Origin: Bacteriovoracaceae bacterium
GTDB lineage: Bacteria > Bdellovibrionota > UBA2394
DNA: 45,117 nucleotides
Assembly: GCA_028287765.1 (NCBI GenBank)
Contig: JAQBPA010000073.1
Span: forward strand, 1 to 45,117
Direction: 5' to 3'
The translations under genes and the position numbers were made by a program. Positions 27,441 to 32,932 of the stretch are shown here, piece by piece (position 1 is the stretch's first letter; each line of letters starts with the position of its first letter). The notes beneath the pieces were generated by a model, which was given only the letters and a program-made list of their open reading frames with translations, was not told the origin of the DNA and made no database searches.

Positions 27441-27728
27441 TTATTTCGCTTTATGGGCAGTGGCAGCTTTGGCAGCAGTCGCTTTAGCAGCGTCGCAATC
27501 TTTCTGATTTGGGGTATTGATCCAACCTTGCTTAGCGCAGCTATTTTGACCTTTGCAAGAATTTCCGGCTTTACCTGAACAAGCGCCTTGGCCTTTGCAA
27601 GCGTTTCCGCCTTCACATTTAATTCCAGCAGCTTTGTCGGCAGCTTTAGCAGGGGCTTCAGCACGAGCGGTCATAGAAGTTAATGCTAAAACAGCAGTTG
27701 AAATAAGTATTTTTCTTGATGGTGTCAT
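27441..27728 (-). CDS. exported six-Cys RiPP precursor peptide (bufferin BufA2-like)
   Basis: 95 aa. Shine-Dalgarno GAGGAG 6 nt upstream of the ATG. Sec signal MTPSRKILISTAVLALTSMTARA|EAP. Core IKCEGGNACKGQGACSGKAGNSCKGQNSCAKQGWINTPNQKDC has 6 Cys in a reiterated spacing. Directly upstream of the MNIO + DUF2063 genes. Confidence 0.75.
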   Translation of the reverse strand: MTPSRKILISTAVLALTSMTARAEAPAKAADKAAGIKCEGGNACKGQGACSGKAGNSCKGQNSCAKQGWINTPNQKDCDAAKATAAKAATAHKAK

Positions 27729-27816
27729 TTAATTCTCCTCACTTACGTTAAGCTCTGCACCTCTGTATCCCTCATACCTACGCAATCACGCGGCAAATGG
27801 GTGAAGGATCTAAAGT

Positions 27817-27832
27817 TGCAAAGAGATTTCCA
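27817..27832 (-). promoter_or_regulatory. possible sigma-54 type -24/-12 element TGGAAA-TCTCT-TTGCA
   Basis: On the minus strand, GG and GC have exactly the consensus spacing of TGGCAC-N5-TTGC. It sits about 90 nt upstream of the precursor ATG. The -24 hexamer deviates at two positions. Confidence 0.2.
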
Positions 27833-27860
27833 ACTCAAAACCGATTGAGTCTGAAAAAAT

Positions 27861-28526
27861 TTATTTCTTTTCCTTTTTGATTACTTTTTTTGCAGTCCCC
27901 GCCGGAACCTCGGCTAATTTTGGACTGTCTTTTAAATTTCCTTCAACATCTAAGGCAATATCCACGTCATCGCCGACTAAAACTCCGCCGGTTTCAAGCG
28001 TCGTATTCCATGTAAGTCCGTAGTCCTTTCGGTTGATTCGTAATTTTCCGGTAGCACCTGCTTTGAGATGTCCACCAGGACCTGCAGCTTCGCCCAAATA
28101 CTCGACCTCGAAATCCACAGGCTTAGTGACGCCGTGGATGGTGAGTTGGCCCGAAACTTTTGCTGTTGAGCCCGGCTTAATTTTGACTTTATCCGAAACA
28201 AATTTTAGCTCTGAAAATTTCTTCGCATTAAAAAAATCTTCTGAACGAAGGTGCTCATCTCGATGCTTGTTGCTGGTATCGATGCTGGCGGCTTTCACCA
28301 TCGCATCAATCTTCACAAGATTTCCTTTATCATCCGTTTCAAAACCGCCGGCGAAATCTTTAAAATGTCCCTGAACATGAGTGAGGATATGGCGAATGCT
28401 AAATCCAACGTTGGTGTGATCCTTGTCGAGCTCAAAAGTTTTCGCACGAAGCTCGCCTCCTACGAATAGGATTGAGAGAAGACCTAAAATTTTTGTCATT
28501 TGATTCATAAGCTGGATTCCTTTCAA
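27861..28526 (-). CDS. YceI-family periplasmic polyisoprenoid-binding protein
   Basis: ELDKDHTNVGFSIRHILTHVQGHFKDFAGGFE and GQLTIHGVTKPV are typical YceI segments. Signal peptide present. The likely start is the ATG at 28508 (MNQMTKILGLL...) rather than the TTG at 28526. Confidence 0.85.
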   Translation of the reverse strand: MKGIQLMNQMTKILGLLSILFVGGELRAKTFELDKDHTNVGFSIRHILTHVQGHFKDFAGGFETDDKGNLVKIDAMVKAASIDTSNKHRDEHLRSEDFFNAKKFSELKFVSDKVKIKPGSTAKVSGQLTIHGVTKPVDFEVEYLGEAAGPGGHLKAGATGKLRINRKDYGLTWNTTLETGGVLVGDDVDIALDVEGNLKDSPKLAEVPAGTAKKVIKKEKK

Positions 28527-28540
28527 GAGTTTAATTTTCG

Positions 28541-28559
28541 TTCGAAAAACATTTTCGAA
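28541..28559. promoter_or_regulatory. perfect 8-3-8 palindrome TTCGAAAA-ACA-TTTTCGAA upstream of yceI-like gene
   Basis: Read directly. Lies 15-50 nt upstream of the candidate starts of the YceI-family gene. Confidence 0.25.
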
Positions 28560-28818
28560 GCAACAAGATTTAGACGCTCATTTTCAATCGAGAAGAGATA
28601 ATTCGAAACCCTTGACTTCGAGTGAGAGTAGTGACCAGAAATATTTTATACTTTGACTCAATGCGCCATCAAACTCTGATCGACTTTCGAGCTGCGGAGC
28701 AGCAACATTTGAGCTGGGGGGCTCACACATTAAAAAATATTTTTTATTTCAATTCACTCTTTTATTAATTCTTCCAGTCGTCACGACACTCTCGACAGCA
28801 TCCGGCGGCAGCATCTCG

Positions 28819-29805
28819 GTGATGCAATACAATGTAGAAAACTTATTTGATCCTTATCATGAACCCGGAAAATTAGACGAAGACTTCACGCCCGAAGGAA
28901 AAGAACACTGGACTCTGGAGAGTCTAGATCAAAAATTGGAAAATCTTGGGCAAGTGATCAGAAGTGTTGTCAACCCAGACGGCTCACACTGTCCTGACAT
29001 TCTCGTCATGGAAGAAGTAGAAAATCCTTGGGTGGCAAAGCGGCTTAAAGATGGGGCGCTCGAAAGTTGTCAGTACAAAAAAATCATTGTCGATAAAACA
29101 AGTCCCGATATGCGCGGCATTCGAGTGGCCATTATGACTCGACTCGAACAAGCGGGCACTCCGGTTTCCCACATTGTTTATAACGGAGGGCGAACCATTC
29201 AGGAAACGCCCCTTCAAATCGATGGGCATCGAATGATCGTTTTTGCAAATCACTGGAAAAGTCGACTCACTCGTCCACCCGATACGGATGGAGGAATTGC
29301 GAAAAGAGCACTGTCAGCAAAACTCGTTCGAAAAAGACTCGACGAAATTCTGGAAGCCAATTCTAAAGAAGATGTTTTAGTTGTCGGAGATCTGAACGAT
29401 GAACCCGAAGATGATTCGATTGCCAAAATAGTGGGGGCATCAAGTTCGATCGACGATCCGAATGCTCTTCTTTGGGAGCCAAGTTCTGAACTCCTAAAAC
29501 TTCCGCGACTTCAAGATTTAGAAGAAACGGATCGAGATCCAGCATTCAAGGCCTTGAGAGGAACTTTTTTATATCGAAAACAATATTTTCAGCTCGATCA
29601 TATTTTACTTTCGAAGGGACTCTTTGATGAGGAAGGATTTTCGTATCAGCCAGGTTCGTACCAGGTGATTCGTTTTCCAAAATTTATCGATCCACGGACA
29701 CACGGCCCGTTAACATTTAAGAATATGATCGATGCCGACGGAAACGACAGAGGCCCCAAAGGGGCCTCTGATCATTTTCCAATTATGCTTCGTTTGAACT
29801 ATTAA
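28819..29805 (+). CDS. endonuclease/exonuclease/phosphatase (EEP) family protein, probably secreted
   Basis: N-terminal QYNVENLFD, mid GDLNDEPED, and C-terminal SDHFPIMLRL are EEP catalytic motifs. A signal-peptide-like sequence is encoded in frame upstream of the first canonical start. Confidence 0.85.
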   Translation: MMQYNVENLFDPYHEPGKLDEDFTPEGKEHWTLESLDQKLENLGQVIRSVVNPDGSHCPDILVMEEVENPWVAKRLKDGALESCQYKKIIVDKTSPDMRGIRVAIMTRLEQAGTPVSHIVYNGGRTIQETPLQIDGHRMIVFANHWKSRLTRPPDTDGGIAKRALSAKLVRKRLDEILEANSKEDVLVVGDLNDEPEDDSIAKIVGASSSIDDPNALLWEPSSELLKLPRLQDLEETDRDPAFKALRGTFLYRKQYFQLDHILLSKGLFDEEGFSYQPGSYQVIRFPKFIDPRTHGPLTFKNMIDADGNDRGPKGASDHFPIMLRLNY

Positions 29806-29828
29806 GCTCAAACGAGGAAGTAACTTGA

Positions 29829-30164
29829 TTAGGAAAGATGTTTTGAAACGAGCTTGGTCATTTCAAACATCGAAACGCGTTCTTTTCCACCGAATACAGC
29901 TTTTAATTTGTCATCGGCTTTGATGTAACGTCTTTCGGCTTGGTCTTGCAGACCGTTCTTCTTAATATAAGCCCAAAGTTTTTTGGTCACTTCAGTACGA
30001 GGAAGCGGATTGTTTCCGACCACGAATCCTAGAGTAGCAGAAGGAGTCATTGGTTTCATGAAAGCAGCGTTTGGCTTTCGTGTTTTCATCGTTCGTTTAG
30101 CAGCTGGTTTTGCTGCCGCTTTTTTTACAGGTTTTGCGGTTTTTTTTGTTTTCTTTGCAGCCAT
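29829..30164 (-). CDS. SWIB/MDM2-domain protein with Lys/Ala-rich histone-H1-like N-terminal tail
   Basis: The tail is MAAKKTKKTAKPVKKAAAKPAAKRTMKTRKP. It is followed by LPRTEVTKKLWAYIKKNGLQD...IKADDKLKAVFGG...SMFEMTKLVSKHL, which is the SWIB fold pattern. Confidence 0.85.
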   Translation of the reverse strand: MAAKKTKKTAKPVKKAAAKPAAKRTMKTRKPNAAFMKPMTPSATLGFVVGNNPLPRTEVTKKLWAYIKKNGLQDQAERRYIKADDKLKAVFGGKERVSMFEMTKLVSKHLS

Positions 30165-30224
30165 TTTATCACCCCTTTTTGGATTTCGTGGTTTTACTTT
30201 TTCTCATTATTTTTTTCATGAGGC

Positions 30225-30243
30225 GATCAAAACACTTTTGATC
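30225..30243. promoter_or_regulatory. perfect 8-3-8 palindrome GATCAAAA-CAC-TTTTGATC upstream of the SWIB gene
   Basis: Read directly. Lies 61-79 nt upstream of the SWIB gene start and has the same AAAA-N3-TTTT architecture as 28541-28559. Confidence 0.25.
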
Positions 30244-30316
30244 TGAAACTCATAGTAGTCTGCACGATTTTGCCTGAGTGTTCAAACCTTTTTCAAGATA
30301 TCTAGTACATCGTGAC

Positions 30317-30961
30317 CTAAGATTGCGAAGAAACCTTCCACTCCAGCATCTGACCGGTTTCTGGATGTTCAACCGACAGACGTACGGATTTCAGTTGAAT
30401 CGTTGTCTTCTCTAAGCCAGAATTTTCCTTTTTGTTATATTTAGCATCTCCAATAATAGGATGTCCGATCTTCGCAAGCTGCACTCGGATTTGATGAGAA
30501 CGTCCAGTCTTCAGCTCAATAGCCAAGCGCGACCATGATGGCCCTCTCTCAATCACCGTGTAAACAAGCTCAGCTTTCTTAGCACCCTCGGTCGGGCGCG
30601 GATAAACAGTGACATAATTTGTCTTAGGATTCTTTTTCAAATAGTGAATCAGCGTCGCCGAATCTTCTCGAACACGCCCCCAAACCTTGGCTTCATAGCC
30701 TTTTTCGACAATTCGATTTTTAAATTGCTCACTCAAATGTTCAGCGGCTTTTTTAGTTTTCCCAAAGATGATCAGTCCAAGAACATCTCGGTCCAGCCGA
30801 TGAACCGGAAATAGGGGCTCGCCTTTTGCGCGCGAAATAAACTCGTAAAGTCCTTCTCCCTCACCTTCATCCGCTTTTTGAGACAGAAATGGCTTTAATT
30901 TTTCTACGACGAGAAGGCACGAGTCTTCAAAGACAATTCGAAATATTTGTGTTGTCATCAT
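30317..30961 (-). CDS. RluA-family pseudouridine synthase (no S4 domain)
   Basis: Catalytic motif HRLDRDVLG, with a downstream KTGRSHQIRVQLA motif. Confidence 0.85.
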   Translation of the reverse strand: MMTTQIFRIVFEDSCLLVVEKLKPFLSQKADEGEGEGLYEFISRAKGEPLFPVHRLDRDVLGLIIFGKTKKAAEHLSEQFKNRIVEKGYEAKVWGRVREDSATLIHYLKKNPKTNYVTVYPRPTEGAKKAELVYTVIERGPSWSRLAIELKTGRSHQIRVQLAKIGHPIIGDAKYNKKENSGLEKTTIQLKSVRLSVEHPETGQMLEWKVSSQS

Positions 30962-30964
30962 GAG

Positions 30965-31714
30965 ATGTGGCTTTCGCCAAGGGGTTTTATTGTTCTCTTT
31001 GTTATCGTCTTCATATGGGGTTCTTCGTTAATAGCGCAAAATGCTGAAAAAGCGAGCGGCGAGCTTGAGTTAAATATTACCGGAAAAAATCTGCCTATTC
31101 AAAGATCTATGGACGTCGAAATGGACGTGAAGACCTGTGGAAAGAATCGCGCCTCGAAAGCCATTCAAATCAGTCCGCTTGGGGAACTTCAAAACGCAGT
31201 TGTCTGGCTCGAAGCTTCTCCGCCCAGACGTGAGGTAGTTTTCACAAATAAAGAAGAGATGAAGATCACCATACGGGACTGCGAATTTTCACCTCGAATT
31301 ATGGTCGTCTCCGCCGATCAACCTATTCAACTAAACACAGAAGATCCCATCCTCTTTCAAATTCGCTCAGGTGGACACAACAACCCCAGACAAACCCGAC
31401 CGCTGCCTCCGAATCTCGAAGGAGTACAGTTTCGCTTTCGAGAACCCGAGATTGTTCCTCTCTTTTGTGATCTTCACCCATGGATGCAAGCCTTTGTTGT
31501 TGTTGCACCGCACTCGCACTACCGAATCAGTGCTCGAAATGGCCGGGTAAATTTTAAAAAGTTGCTTCCTGGAAATTATTCTATTCATTTATGGCATGAA
31601 ATTCTTGGAAGTAAAACGCTTCCAGATCCCGTGAATATAAAATCAAAACAGATTAAAATGAAATACGAATGGGATTACCTGGATACTGAAGGTCCCGTGG
31701 CCATTGGAAAATGA
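30965..31714 (+). CDS. exported cupredoxin-like (amicyanin/MauL-like) protein with C-terminal carboxypeptidase-regulatory-like domain
   Basis: Signal/anchor MWLSPRGFIVLFVIVFIWGSSLIA. The motif FCDLHPWM has the C-x2-H-x2-M spacing of the amicyanin type-1 copper loop (CTPHPFM), with an upstream His in SGGHNN. The tail GRVNFKKLLPGNYSIHLWHE is regulatory-domain-like. I prefer the ATG at 30965 to the TTG at 30947. Confidence 0.6.
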   Translation: MWLSPRGFIVLFVIVFIWGSSLIAQNAEKASGELELNITGKNLPIQRSMDVEMDVKTCGKNRASKAIQISPLGELQNAVVWLEASPPRREVVFTNKEEMKITIRDCEFSPRIMVVSADQPIQLNTEDPILFQIRSGGHNNPRQTRPLPPNLEGVQFRFREPEIVPLFCDLHPWMQAFVVVAPHSHYRISARNGRVNFKKLLPGNYSIHLWHEILGSKTLPDPVNIKSKQIKMKYEWDYLDTEGPVAIGK

Positions 31715-31715
31715 A

Positions 31716-31940
31716 CTAGCAAACGCGATTGGGTTTACTTTTATCCGAAGATTCTTTTGGAAGAATTCTTTCTTGTGCAAAGGAGAGAGTGACTCGGCCA
31801 GTACATCGAATCTTTTTACAAGGAAAAGTGATTCCTTCTAAGTCGTCGGCTTTCGAAGATGCCTGATAGATTTCTCCACACTTTTCGCAGTGGCCTGAAA
31901 AGTAATTGGGGAGATCGGAAAAGCCAGATTTCTTCTTCAT
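31716..31940 (-). CDS. small hypothetical zinc-ribbon-like protein
   Basis: 74 aa with CEKC...CKKIRC. Convergent with the cupredoxin gene. No family recognised. Confidence 0.4.
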   Translation of the reverse strand: MKKKSGFSDLPNYFSGHCEKCGEIYQASSKADDLEGITFPCKKIRCTGRVTLSFAQERILPKESSDKSKPNRVC

Positions 31941-32046
31941 AAGCCCTCTTCTCTATCATAGAACGATTGCCGAGTTGTGAATAGCCCATCACATTAATAG
32001 CCTCAATCTGCGTTAAAGGTGCCGCGGAGCAAACAGAAATATATTT

Positions 32047-32385
32047 ATGTTCCAGTGTCCTATCACGCCCTCTAGAATAAAGGAGGTGGCTCAGAAGTTC
32101 GTTAAAATTTTATTGAAACCCAAAAACACAGAACTGGTTGCACCTCGCGACACCAACCTGCTTCAATTTCTTCAGAGCAAAGATATTCCTGTCGGTAACG
32201 CGTGTGGAGGGATGGGACTCTGTGCGAGCTGCAAAGTTTCTGTTCTGAAAAATGAAAAAAATATTTCTCGGCCGAATGATCAAGAAATGGGCCTCAAAGA
32301 TCGCAATCATTTACAAAAGAACGAAAGAATATCGTGTCAATGCAGGGTACTTGGAGATATCGAAATTACGACCAATTACTGGTAA
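32047..32385 (+). CDS. [2Fe-2S] ferredoxin-like protein
   Basis: Cys cluster ACGGMGLCASCKV plus a distal ISCQC, on a beta-grasp-sized protein. Confidence 0.7.
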   Translation: MFQCPITPSRIKEVAQKFVKILLKPKNTELVAPRDTNLLQFLQSKDIPVGNACGGMGLCASCKVSVLKNEKNISRPNDQEMGLKDRNHLQKNERISCQCRVLGDIEITTNYW

Positions 32386-32414
32386 ATACAAATGAGAGAT
32401 AAGGAATTCATCCT

Positions 32415-32897
32415 ATGCTAAAAACGCCTAAGTATAAGAAACCTCAAGAGTCTTACGTCGAAACGAATCATCTGGTTCTACCTTCGCATGCAAACGCACT
32501 CGGAACTATTTTTGGCGGTGTGGTGATGAGTTGGATCGATATTGCTGCAGCGATTTCAGCACAAAGATACTCAAAGAGAGTTTCAGTGACGGCCAGCGTA
32601 GATGCGCTTCATTTTATCGCTCCCATGCTTGTTGGAGATTCGGTAAATATAAAAGCAAAGGTGGTCTTTACCGGACGAACTTCGATGATCGTCTTTGTAG
32701 AAGTCACCAGCGAAAAAATTCTGACGGGAGAAAAAAAGCAATGCGTTACTGCCCATTTATCCATGGTGGCTCTCGACCTTAAAAAAGAACCCGCGCCCGT
32801 ACCTAAGCTTTTGTTAACGACGAAGGCCGAAAAAGAAGCATTTAGTCGCGCTGCGGAGCGGCGAGCGTTTTTACTGAGCCAATTGAAAAACCCCTAA
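32415..32897 (+). CDS. acyl-CoA thioesterase (hotdog fold, YciA/BFIT type)
   Basis: The N-terminal segment NHLVLPSHANALGTIFGGVVMSWIDIAAA is the family hallmark. Confidence 0.85.
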   Translation: MLKTPKYKKPQESYVETNHLVLPSHANALGTIFGGVVMSWIDIAAAISAQRYSKRVSVTASVDALHFIAPMLVGDSVNIKAKVVFTGRTSMIVFVEVTSEKILTGEKKQCVTAHLSMVALDLKKEPAPVPKLLLTTKAEKEAFSRAAERRAFLLSQLKNP

Positions 32898-32932
32898 GAA
32901 TTAAAAAAATGCTAAAATAGCAGAGAGTTCTT

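Noticed and set aside
27356-27664. A 102-aa ORF on the same strand, overlapping the RiPP precursor in another frame.
   Set aside because: It has no signal peptide or Shine-Dalgarno, and it runs straight through the terminator hairpin. The 95-aa frame (27441..27728) has a GAGGAG Shine-Dalgarno, a Sec signal and the Cys-rich core expected next to an MNIO enzyme.
28716-28721. The G6 homopolymer, considered as a phase-variation switch or frameshift making the EEP gene a pseudogene.
   Set aside because: The downstream ORF is intact with all EEP catalytic motifs. Fusion to the upstream ATG would add about 20 polar residues before the signal peptide, which is not compelling. It is retained only as a minor alternative.
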